Assembly (NCBI GenBank): GCA_964252035.1 | Contig: CAXUOO010000297.1 | Length of the DNA: 64,000 nt | Direction: 5' to 3' (one strand) | Source of the DNA: Podarcis erhardii | Taxonomy: Eukaryota | Part shown: positions 11,300-23,100 of the stretch, piece by piece | Layout: each line of letters begins with the position of its first letter | How positions within the stretch are numbered: position 1 is the first letter of the stretch | Translations under genes and position numbers: made by a program | The notes under the pieces: model-generated | Databases searched by the model: none | Seen by the model: only the letters and a program-made list of their open reading frames with translations | Told to the model about the DNA's origin: nothing

Positions 11300-14200
11300 G
11301 GCGTTGATTTGGGCATCTATGTTTTGTTGTAACATTGTGCAGCAGGTATGCTCGAGCGATCGAAGATGTTTGGCATCGCCAATCATTTTTCTAAAATCTT
11401 TCATGCACTACCGCAGGTTCGGTGGAATCATCTGCATAAAGGATGAGGTTTGCGGATGCAGTAAGCCGGTGACAGCTTGCATTGGGTGCCTCGAAGAGTA
11501 TGAGACGATTCTGTGAGCGTGATTGTTTTTCAGCTACACTTTGTGTTGCTAAGGTGGCTTACGAGGGGCTAAACGATAGGCTTGAAGGTGTGTATTCAAT
11601 CACAAAAGTGTTTTTTTCAGTTTGAAATGTAAGAGAATATTTCGCTTGACTGGAGAAAAGATATGTAGCTTAACAAGCAGAGGTTTGTTAACGCCTGATC
11701 GTCTTCGTCTGAATATAAGTGGAAATAGATTTCTTAAGTCCACCACAATGCTGCTTCGCAACAGGTATATAGATTTTTTCATTAAGCGCACGTGCCGTTC
11801 GTAGTATCAAAGTGATTCGCAGCGTCTTTCTTAGACGCTCTTAATATGCAACTGTTGCTCCTTTGGCCGTTCGCCAGTGTGTCGTTTTCTAGAGGTTGTC
11901 CTCAGACTCTTTCATTTCAATGCATGAGAGAAAAGCTGTTCTCAACCGCATTGTAAAAATGCTGAAGGATGTCGCTGGGTGTTGTAGAAAATCAGTCCTA
12001 GCTCGTTGGTTTGGTCGGCTGAAGCACGTGGCTTGTGGACAGTGTATGATGCCTTGTTAGTGCACGGGAGGTTCGGCATGTAGACTATTTGTCGGCAGTG
12101 TAGAGTTCTTGGCTCACTTAGTGTGGTATCAAGAAAGACAACTCTGCACTACTGTGCTATGGGGTCTGTTGGACGGTGTAGTTTTGGTGAGAGCAAAAGA
12201 GTAAAGTAGAAAAGAACAAACGTTCGAAGATGAGAGCAGAGTGTTCTGCAGAGAAAAGAGGCCACTGTGGGAGATTCTTTGTCGGAGACAAACGAGATGA
12301 TATCATTGTACTATTACATAGACAGGCATAGGGAATGGAGACTTTTTTTCTGTTAAGTGGTTTGTATAGCAGTATATAAGCTGTGGGCCACAGCTGCGGC
12401 CTGGTGGATGTACTTCAGGGGCTACACAAGAGCGTTTCTGCCCACGCTTGTCTGCGAATAGTTGTAAAAGGATACTGTTTTTCAGCAGAGTTTGCGAGGC
12501 TGGCATAGACATTGCGGTTCTAGAGTGAGATAAACTACTAGACCTTTCATTAAATACTGTTTGTTCTTAGGAGTCACGTTGCAAGTTTAGGGGTTTCGGT
12601 CGCAGACTGTGATATGCAATTATGATAGAATTTCGAAGTGTCGAAGGCAGAGCTTACGTCTTCCATGCCACGTCAGAGCTTTGTGTCACATCATTTGTCG
12701 AATGATTTGTAGCTAGTAAGCTTTTCTTTTGAAGTTCAGAGTACAGAAACTATCTCTAAAAAGCCGTGGTTGTATGAAATTGTCAGGACATGCCACGTAG
12801 AGCGACACGTGGTTTTGCATTCAAATTTGCGCTAGATGGGTTGAGTCAGATCATCAGCTGTGCTTTCTCCGGTCTGTATTCGCGCTTTGTTCATACACTG
12901 TAAGTGCATCTTCCAATTACTGCGCGAGAGAATAAATGTAGGAAGCTGAGATGTAGCAGCTCATGCTAGATTGAATGAGGCCGAGTTCTTTTATCATAAT
13001 GGATGAGAGCGAGTTGTTCGCAGACTAGTGCGAAACTAGGATTTATATGAATGCGAAGAAAGAATTTTGAAGGGTTCAAGAGACTGATAATGAATGTTTA
13101 TCAAGAGTGAACGCGTAGACAATTGATAGCGTAAAATGAGTGTTTCGCTGTTCGAAGAATGTGAAGTAGTTGTTGCGTGAGACTCGCACTGGGTGTACTC
13201 CATTCATCTATATGAACTGAGCGGCTGAGGTATTCTTTGCGTGTTTGCTTCCTCAAACGAAAAGTGTAAATACGATAGAAGAGGTGCTTGCGATAGGCAC
13301 ATATTTCCACTGAAACTGATTGTCGGATTCGGAGAAATGCCAGTGCCGCTGAATAGCTGTTTTGTGATTCTAGGTTGTTGAAGATTTTTCAACAATGGAA
13401 TCAGTTTGATATGAGCAGAGAATGAGGCGTCGACGTGCCTTGTTTGTTATATCTTGTATGGATGCAGATGAATGCAAATGTGCGATGAACATGCTACATA
13501 TTACGAAGGAGCTAAATCAATATCGCGGCACACTAGGCGTCAATTGTTGTGTCGATGCCCACTGGAGCTGCCTGAGTAGTGGACGTTATTAGTAAAAGTT
13601 TGTATTTTATATTGTGGAAGAGGTTTGCTCGAGCGGTCCAAGAAGTCTTGCATCGACAGACAATTGATTCCGATGCATTGTAAACTATCGCATAGTTGGC
13701 ATAGTCTGCGTGACTGATGAGAGCTGCGGATGTGATTTTCTTTTTTATGGAGATGTGAAAACAAGCTGCTGTGTTCTAAGATCACGGAATGTGTTAAGAG
13801 TGCCTCCAAATATGCATGACGATTCGGCGCGGCGAGCGTGATCGTTTTCAGCTTGTATATTTGGATGCTGCTTTGGCTCATAAGCGGTTTCGAGATAGAC
13901 TTGAAGTTTGTCTATTTAATTACACAAATATGTTTTTCCATTTTGTAATGTGGGAGAATATTTTGCGTGACTAGAGAAAAGAGATGTATCTCAACAAGTA
14001 GAGCGTTGTGGATGTCTGATCAGTTGTATGTTGATGAGAAAAAGTTTCTGAAGGCCACTACGCAAGTGTTAAGTTGATCAATCCGCAGCCGTGCCGATCG
14101 TAATGTGAATGTGATTCAGAGCATTTTTTTGTAGATGCTCTTGTGAATCAAATGTCGCTTGCTTGGCCTGTCGCTAAAGTATCGTTGTCGAGAGGCTCCT

Positions 14201-15870
14201 TTCGACTTTTTGTTTTGATGAGATGCATGAGAGAAATGCTGTTCTCAGCCGCAGATTTCGAATACTGAAGAATGCAGCTTGGTTTTGCTTTTTGGTTTGT
14301 TCGGCTGAAGCAATTGGCTTATGGGAAGTGTCTGATGCCTGCTCAGTGCATCAAGGCTCGGCATGCAGTCTATTGGTTGGCAGTAGAAATTGCTTGGCTA
14401 GCACTTAGTGTGGTGTCAAGTAGTAAGATTCTGCAATACTGCGTTATGGAGTCTGTTGGACGGTGTAGTTTTAGTGAGAGCGGGAAGAATGCGGTAGAAA
14501 ACAACTAATATGCAAAGACGCGATCAGCGTGTTGTGGCGAGAAGAAAGGCAAATGAGGGAGAGTCTTCTTAAGAGGCAGACCAGGCGATATCATTGTGCT
14601 TTCAAATAGACAGGCGTAGGGAGTTCGAGCCTTCTATATGTAAAGATGTTTTGTCTAGCAGTATATATGCTGTGAACCATGAATCCGGTATGGTGAGTAT
14701 ATTTCAGGGGCTGCACGAAAACGTCTCTTCCCACGCTAATATGTGAACTATTGTAAAAGGACAATGCTTGTAAGCGAGGCTGTCAGAGACGTTACGTTTC
14801 AATTGTGGAAGGTTGGCAGAGCTGATGTTTTTCGTGTCACGACACCTTTGTATCACAACATTTAGCAAACGAACTGTAGCTACTAACCTCCTGTTTTGCA
14901 TTCTAGAGTAGAAAGCTGGTTTTGAGCTGCAGAACATTTCACACAGAGCGACAAGTGGTTTTGCTCTTTAAATTTCTATAGAAGTGCTGAAGTCAGATCA
15001 CTATTTGTATCTTCTGAAAGGTTGTAGGTGCACCTGTTGACTAATGCACTATTTGTATCTTCTGAAAGGTTGTAAGTGCACCTGTTGACTAATGCGGGAG
15101 AGAATAGATGTAGGACGCTGAGATGTGACCAAAAATGCTAGGATGAATAAATGATTTACATGGTATATGGCGCACAAGGGAGAATGCTGTCTTTCCTCAT
15201 TTTTGGTGAGGTCGAGTCGTTTGCAGACTAGTGTAAAATTACAATTCTCATGAGAGCAACAAAGGAGAATCCGGAAAGGTTGTGGACTGATAATGAATGT
15301 TTACAAGGAAGAAACGCGTAACTTAGCTGGTAGCGTAAAACGAATGTTTCGCTGTCTGAAGAAAGTGACGCAGTTGTGGCTTAGGAACTCATTCTGGCTA
15401 TACTTCTCTCATTTACACGAATTGAGCGGCTGAGGTTTTTTATGTATTTTCTTTTTCAACCGAACAAAGTAAATTCTACGCAGAACGTGGTGGCGGTAGG
15501 CGCTTATTTCCACTGAGAATGATTGTCGGATTCGAAGAAACGCCGGTGTTGCCGAAGATCTGTGCTCTGGTTCTAGGTTGATGGAGATTCTTCAACAGGG
15601 GAATTAGTTCAATATGAGCAAAGTGTAAAGAGGTGTCGAGGTGCCTTATTTCTTATGTCTTGTATAGTTGTTGTTAAGTGCGAATGTGTGATGAGCCTGC
15701 TACATATCACGAAGATACAATTACACTAGTGCGAGAGTTATATCGTGGTTCACGAAGAGTTGATTTGTAGTACCGATACATTTTTAGAGAGGATTGGGAA
15801 GACGGGGTTACCAGGGACATTAACATACTTTATAATGTGTATCAAGTATTCTCGAACGGTCCAAAGAGCC
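11300..15870. repeat. Divergent-monomer island, copy 1 (about two old-lineage monomers, D1 and D2, plus the start of a third, D3)
   Basis: It is collinear with the main monomer (shared blocks such as TAATGAATGTTTA, TAGCGTAAAA, TGAGCGGCTGA, GTCAGATCA, GCTGAGATGT) but has dense substitutions and private indels. The boundaries are approximate. Confidence 0.92.
14999..15094. repeat. 48-bp tandem duplication inside the D2 monomer
   Basis: CACTATTTGTATCTTCTGAAAGGTTGTA(G/A)GTGCACCTGTTGACTAATG occurs twice, with one mismatch. Confidence 0.97.
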
Positions 15871-18800
15871 TTGCATCGACAATCAAATGAATACAGTTTA
15901 TTGTACATCATCGCAAGCCAATTGGCATAATCTGCGTGACGGATGAGGGTTGCGCGTTTTGTGTATGCTCTGTTAATGATGAGGAGACGCTGCTTTGTTT
16001 TGCGATTCCGGAATGCGTTAAAGATGTCTCCAAAAAGATATACATGACTTTTCGGCGAGCGCGATTGTTGTTAGCTAGTATATTCGGATGCTGCGTAGGC
16101 TTATAAACGGCTCCGTGATAGACTCCGAGGGTGTCTATTTGATTACACAGATATTTATATCCAGTTTGGAACGTGGCAGTTTATAGTGCGTGATAGGAGA
16201 AATGAGATATGTACCAACAAGTAAGGCGTTGCAGATGCCTGGTCGTTTATATGTTGATGAGAACCTGTTTCTGAAGGCCACTCAAGTGTTAACATGATCA
16301 ATCCGCTTGACCTGTCGAAAATGTGTCGTTGTCGAGAGAAGCTGTTCTCAGCCGCTGGTACGATTCCGAAAGATGTCGTTTGATGGTGCAGAAAATCAGT
16401 TCTAGATTTTTGGTTTGTTGGGTAAAGCACACGGCTTGTGGGCAGTTTGTGCCGCCTGCTTAGTGCATGGAGGTTCGGCATACAGACTATCTGTAGGTGG
16501 AGAATATACTGCTTGACTAGCACTTAGTGCGGTACTGTATAAGCACGTCTGCGAAACTATGTTACAGGATCTGGTGGTCGGTGTAGTATTGGCGAGAGCA
16601 AACCGAATTTGTTAAAAATGATGATATGCAGAGATGCAAGCAAAAGGGCGCGGTGAGAAAAAAGACAACTGCAAGAGAGTCTTCGTCTATCACAAATGAG
16701 ATGATATCATTGTGGTGATTGATTTTATATAAGCAGGAATAAGAAGCTGAGAGCTTTTTTATGTGATAATAATTTGTGTAGCAGTTTCTGCACTGTGGGC
16801 GGTAGTTGCAGTATGGTGGGGATACTACAGAAACTGCGCAAGGGCGTTTCTTTCCAACGGTATTCGTTCAGCTAGTCAACCAAACGTGTCAGCAGAATTA
16901 AACATTGGCATAGATGTTTCGGTCATAGAGTAGGTTAAACTGCTAGACGCCTTCATATGATACTGGTTCTTTCCTGGTTTTGCGTAGCTGGCATTTCTGT
17001 TTCGGTCTTAGACTGTGACAAACAATCATGATAGACGAATCATTTGTAAAAAGCACAGCGTACGTTTTCCCTGTCTCGACAGCGTTTTGTAACACGACAT
17101 TTGTTCAATGATTCATAGCTAGTGAGCTCTTGTGATGTAGCCTTGAGTAGAGAGTCTGACTTCGAGGAACCGCGGTTGTATGTACATCTCTCAGAACATA
17201 TGAACAGACATATGGTTTTGTGTTTACATTTGGGTTAGGGAGATTGAAGTCAGATCACATCTGGATTGCTCTGACAGCTTGTAAGTGCGTTTGCTAGGAA
17301 ATGCGCGAGAGAGTAGATATAGAAAGCTGGGACGTAACGGGTTATGGCAGGTTTAATAAATAATTCACACAATGAATGGCGAATATAAGAAATTGGGGCT
17401 GGTTTTCTTATCTGTTGAGATCGAGTCGTTCACAGACTGGTGCAAAATTACAATTCGTATGAAAGCGAAGAAAGAAAATGAATGATTTGAGCGATTGAAA
17501 ATGAATGTTTATAAGGAAGAACCGTGTAGACTCTTGATAGCGTAAAATGAGTGTTCCGTTGTCTGAAGAAGGTGACGTCATTAAGGCTTGGAAACTAGCT
17601 CTGTGTGTGTGAACGTCGTTCGCTTACATGAGTGGAGCGGCTGAAGAATTTTCTGTGTGTATTCTTTCTCAAACAGACAACGTAGATTCTATACAGGACG
17701 TGCTGGCGGTAAGCGCGTTTTTTCAGTGAATAGATTCTGGGATTTGAAGAAAAGCTGATGTCGGCGAAGAGCTGTGCTGTGGTTCTATGCTATTGCAGTG
17801 TTTCTCGACAATAGAACCAGTTCAATATGAGCAGTGAGTGATGGCGTCGATGCGTTTTGGATGTTTTATCTTTTACGACTGCTGATGAATGCGACAGTGC
17901 GATGAACATGCGACATACTAGGAAGGTACAACTGCACTAGTGCTAGATTGGTATCGCGGAACATGACGCGATGATTTGTAGCATCGAGATATCGTTTGAG
18001 ATGATTGAGAACTGGGGGTTACGGAGAACATTTGCTTATTTCAAATGTGTGTCAAGTATTTTCGAGCGGTCCAAGGAGTCGTGCATCGACAATCAGATGA
18101 ATACAATTTAGTGTACATCATCGCAAGTCAATTGGCATCGTCTTTGTGACGGATGAGGGTTGCGCGTTTTGTGTATGCTCTGCTGGTGACGAGGAGACGC
18201 TGCTTTGTTTTGCGATTCCGGAATGCGTTAAAGATGTCTCCAAAGATATATAGATGACGCTTCGGCGAGCGCGATTGTTTTTAGCTAGTATATTCGGATG
18301 CTGCATTGGCTCATAATCGGCTCCGAAATAGACTCGGAGGGAGTCTATTTGATTACACAAATATTTTAATCTAGTTTGGAACGTGGCAGTATATAGTGCG
18401 TGATAGGAGAAATGAGATATGTTTCAACAAGTAAGGCGTTGCAGATGCCTGGTCGTTTATATGTTGATGAGAACCTGTTTCTGAAGGCAACTCAAGTGTT
18501 AACATGATCAATTCCCTTGACCTGTCGAAAGTGTGTCGTTGTTGAGAGTCGCTGTTCTCAGCTGCTGGTACACTTCTCTAAGGTGTCGCTTGATGCTGCA
18601 GAAAATCAGTTCTAGATTTGTGGTTTGTTGGCTAAAGCACACGGCTTGTGGGAAGTTTGTGCCGCCTGCTTAGTGCATGGAGGTTCGGCATATAGACTAT
18701 CTGTAGGTGGAGAATATACTGCTTGACTAGCACTTAGTGCGGTACTGTGTATGCACGTCTGCGAAACTATGTTACAGGATCTGGTGGTCGGTGTAGTATT

Positions 18801-20172
18801 GGCGAGAGCAAACCGAATTTGTTAAAAATGATGATATGCAGAGATGCGAGCAAAATGGCGCGGTGAGAAAAAAGGCAACTGCAAGAGAGTCTTCGTCTAT
18901 CACAGATGAGATGATATCATAGTGCTGACTGCTTTTATATAAGCAGGGATAAGACGTTGTGAGCTTCTCTATGTGATGGTAATTTGTGTAGTGGTTTCTA
19001 CACTGTGGGCTGTAGTTGCAGTATGGTGGGTATACTTCAGGAACTGCGCAAGGGCGTTTCTTTCCAGCGCTATTCGTTCAACTAGTCAACCAAACTTGTC
19101 AGCAGAATTAAAAATAGGCAGAGATGTTTCGGTCATAGAGTAGGTTAAACTGCTAGACGCCTTCATATGATACCGGTTCTTTCATGGTTTCGCGTAGCTG
19201 GCATTTTTTTTTCGGTCTTAGACTGTGACAAACAATCATGATAGAAGTTTCATTTGTAAAAAGCAGAGCGTACGGTTTCTTTGTCTCAACAGCGTTTTGT
19301 GTCAGGACATTGGTTTATTGATTCATAGCCAGTGAGCTCCTGTGGTGTAGCCTTGAGTAGAGAGTCTCACTTCGGGGAACCGCGGTTGTATGTGAATCTC
19401 TCAAAACATAGGAAGAGACTTGTGGTTTTGGGCTTAAATTTGGGTTAGAGAGATCGAAGTCAGATCACACTTGGATTGCTTTGACAGCCTGTAAGTGCGT
19501 TTGTCAAGAAATGAGCGACAGAGTAAATACAGAAAGCTGAGATGTAACGGGTCATGGCAGGTTTAATAAATAATTCACACAATGAATGGCGAATATGAAA
19601 AACGGGGACTCTTTTTCATATTTGGTGAAATCGAGTTGTTCGCAGTCAGGGCAGAATTACAATTCGTATGAATGCGAAGGAAGAATATGAATGGTCTGAG
19701 CGATTGACAACGAATGTTTACAAGGAAGAATCGTGTAGACTCTTGATAGTGTGAAATGAGTGTTTCGTTGTCTGAAGAAGGTGATGTCGCTAAGGCATGG
19801 ACACTAGCTCTGTGTGGACGTCTTTCACCTACATGAGATGAGCGGCTGAAGATTTTTCTGTGTGTATACTTTCTGAAACAAACAACGTAGATTCTATACA
19901 GGACGTGGTGGCCGTATGCGCGAATTTTTCAGTGAATAGATTCTGGGATTTGAAGAAACGCTGATGTCGGCGAAGAGCTGTGCTGTGGTTCCATGCTATT
20001 GCAGTGGTTTTCGACAATAGAGCCAGTTCAATATGAGCAGTGAGTAAAGGCGTCGATGCGTTCTGGATGTTTTATCTTTTATGACTGTTGATGAATGCGA
20101 CTGTGCGATGAACATGCGACATACTAAGAAGGTTCAACTGCACTAGTGCTAGATTGGTATCGCGGAACATGG

Positions 20173-23100
20173 GGCGTTGATTTGGGCATCTATGTTTTGT
20201 TGTAACATTGTGCAGCAGGTATGCTCGAGCGATCGAAGATGTTTGGCATCGCCAATCATTTTTCTAAAATCTTTCATGCACTACCGCAGGTTCGGTGGAA
20301 TCATCTGCATAAAGGATGAGGTTTGCGGATGCAGTAAGCCGGTGACAGCTTGCATTGGGTGCCTCGAAGAGTATGAGACGATTCTGTGAGCGTGATTGTT
20401 TTTCAGCTACACTTTGTGTTGCTAAGGTGGCTTACGAGGGGCTAAACGATAGGCTTGAAGGTGTGTATTCAATCACAAAAGTGTTTTTTTCAGTTTGAAA
20501 TGTAAGAGAATATTTCGCTTGACTGGAGAAAAGATATGTAGCTTAACAAGCAGAGGTTTGTTAACGCCTGATCGTCTTCGTCTGAATATAAGTGGAAATA
20601 GATTTCTTAAGTCCACCACAATGCTGCTTCGCAACAGGTATATAGATTTTTTCATTAAGCGCACGTGCCGTTCGTAGTATCAAAGTGATTCGCAGCGTCT
20701 TTCTTAGACGCTCTTAATATGCAACTGTTGCTCCTTTGGCCGTTCGCCAGTGTGTCGTTTTCTAGAGGTTGTCCTCAGACTCTTTCATTTCAATGCATGA
20801 GAGAAAAGCTGTTCTCAACCGCATTGTAAAAATGCTGAAGGATGTCGCTGGGTGTTGTAGAAAATCAGTCCTAGCTCGTTGGTTTGGTCGGCTGAAGCAC
20901 GTGGCTTGTGGACAGTGTATGATGCCTTGTTAGTGCACGGGAGGTTCGGCATGTAGACTATTTGTCGGCAGTGTAGAGTTCTTGGCTCACTTAGTGTGGT
21001 ATCAAGAAAGACAACTCTGCACTACTGTGCTATGGGGTCTGTTGGACGGTGTAGTTTTGGTGAGAGCAAAAGAGTAAAGTAGAAAAGAACAAACGTTCGA
21101 AGATGAGAGCAGAGTGTTCTGCAGAGAAAAGAGGCCACTGTGGGAGATTCTTTGTCGGAGACAAACGAGATGATATCATTGTACTATTACATAGACAGGC
21201 ATAGGGAATGGAGACTTTTTTTCTGTTAAGTGGTTTGTATAGCAGTATATAAGCTGTGGGCCACAGCTGCGGCCTGGTGGATGTACTTCAGGGGCTACAC
21301 AAGAGCGTTTCTGCCCACGCTTGTCTGCGAATAGTTGTAAAAGGATACTGTTTTTCAGCAGAGTTTGCGAGGCTGGCATAGACATTGCGGTTCTAGAGTG
21401 AGATAAACTACTAGACCTTTCATTAAATACTGTTTGTTCTTAGGAGTCACGTTGCAAGTTTAGGGGTTTCGGTCGCAGATTGTGATATGCAATTATGATA
21501 GAATTTCGAAGTGTCGAAGGCAGAGCTTACGTCTTCCATGCCACGTCAGAGCTTTGTGTCACATCATTTGTCGAATGATTTGTAGCTAGTAAGCTTTTCT
21601 TTTGAAGTTCAGAGTACAGAAACTATCTCTAAAAAGCCGTGGTTGTATGAAATTGTCAGGACATGCCACGTAGAGCGACACGTGGTTTTGCATTCAAATT
21701 TGCGCTAGATGGGTTGAGTCAGATCATCAGCTGTGCTTTCTCCGGTCTGTATTCGCGCTTTGTTCATACACTGTAAGTGCATCTTCCAATTACTGCGCGA
21801 GAGAATAAATGTAGGAAGCTGAGATGTAGCAGCTCATGCTAGATTGAATGAGGCCGAGTTCTTTTATCATAATGGATGAGAGCGAGTTGTTCGCAGACTA
21901 GTGCGAAACTAGGATTTATATGAATGCGAAGAAAGAATTTTGAAGGGTTCAAGAGACTGATAATGAATGTTTATCAAGAGTGAACGCGTAGACAATTGAT
22001 AGCGTAAAATGAGTGTTTCGCTGTTCGAAGAATGTGAAGTAGTTGTTGCGTGAGACTCGCACTGGGTGTACTCCATTCATCTATATGAACTGAGCGGCTG
22101 AGGTATTCTTTGCGTGTTTGCTTCCTCAAACGAAAAGTGTAAATACGATAGAAGAGGTGCTTGCGATAGGCACATATTTCCACTGAAACTGATTGTCGGA
22201 TTCGGAGAAATGCCAGTGTCGCTGAATAGCTGTTTTGTGATTCTAGGTTGTTGAAGATTTTTCAACAATGGAATCAGTTTGATATGAGCAGAGAATGAGG
22301 CGTCGACGTGCCTTGTTTGTTATATCTTGTATGGATGCAGATGAATGCAAATGTGCGATGAACATGCTACATATTACGAAGGAGCTAAATCAATATCGCG
22401 GCACACTAGGCGTCAATTGTTGTGTCGATGCCCACTGGAGCTGCCTGAGTAGTGGACGTTATTAGTAAAAGTTTGTATTTTATATTGTGGAAGAGGTTTG
22501 CTCGAGCGGTCCAAGAAGTCTTGCATCGACAGACAATTGATTCCGATGCATTGTAAACTATCGCATAGTTGGCATAGTCTGCGTGACTGATGAGAGCTGC
22601 GGATGTGATTTTCTTTTTTATGGAGATGTGAAAACAAGCTGCTGTGTTCTAAGATCACGGAATGTGTTAAGAGTGCCTCCAAATATGCATGACGATTCGG
22701 CGCGGCGAGCGTGATCGTTTTCAGCTTGTATATTTGGATGCTGCTTTGGCTCATAAGCGGTTTCGAGATAGACTTGAAGTTTGTCTATTTAATTACACAA
22801 ATATGTTTTTCCATTTTGTAATGTGGGAGAATATTTTGCGTGACTAGAGAAAAGAGATGTATCTCAACAAGTAGAGCGTTGTGGATGTCTGATCAGTTGT
22901 ATGTTGATGAGAAAAAGTTTCTGAAGGCCACTACGCAAGTGTTAAGTTGATCAATCCGCAGCCGTGCCGATCGTAATGTGAATGTGATTCAGAGCATTTT
23001 TTTGTAGATGCTCTTGTGAATCAAATGTCGCTTGCTTGGCCTGTCGCTAAAGTATCGTTGTCGAGAGGCTCCTTTCGACTTTTTGTTTTGATGAGATGCA

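Larger units (their letters stand above)
6277..15960. repeat. Older multi-monomer segmental duplication, copy A
   Basis: The ORF track and diagnostic variants recur at a constant +26560 (6293->32853, 6980->33540, 8173->34733, 9245->35805, 10094->36654). Differences are patchy, for example the first ~400 bp of M4. Confidence 0.85.
11003..19875. repeat. Four-monomer higher-order repeat unit (8,873 bp), copy 1
   Basis: The sequence at 11003-19892 recurs at 19876-28765. I found only four single-base differences by eye (not exhaustive). Confidence 0.95.

Noticed and set aside
14070-15094. Several D2 indels are multiples of three (3, 39, 48 bp)
   Set aside because: Other indels in the same monomers are 1 bp or ~76 bp and shift the frame, so this is not evidence of coding constraint.
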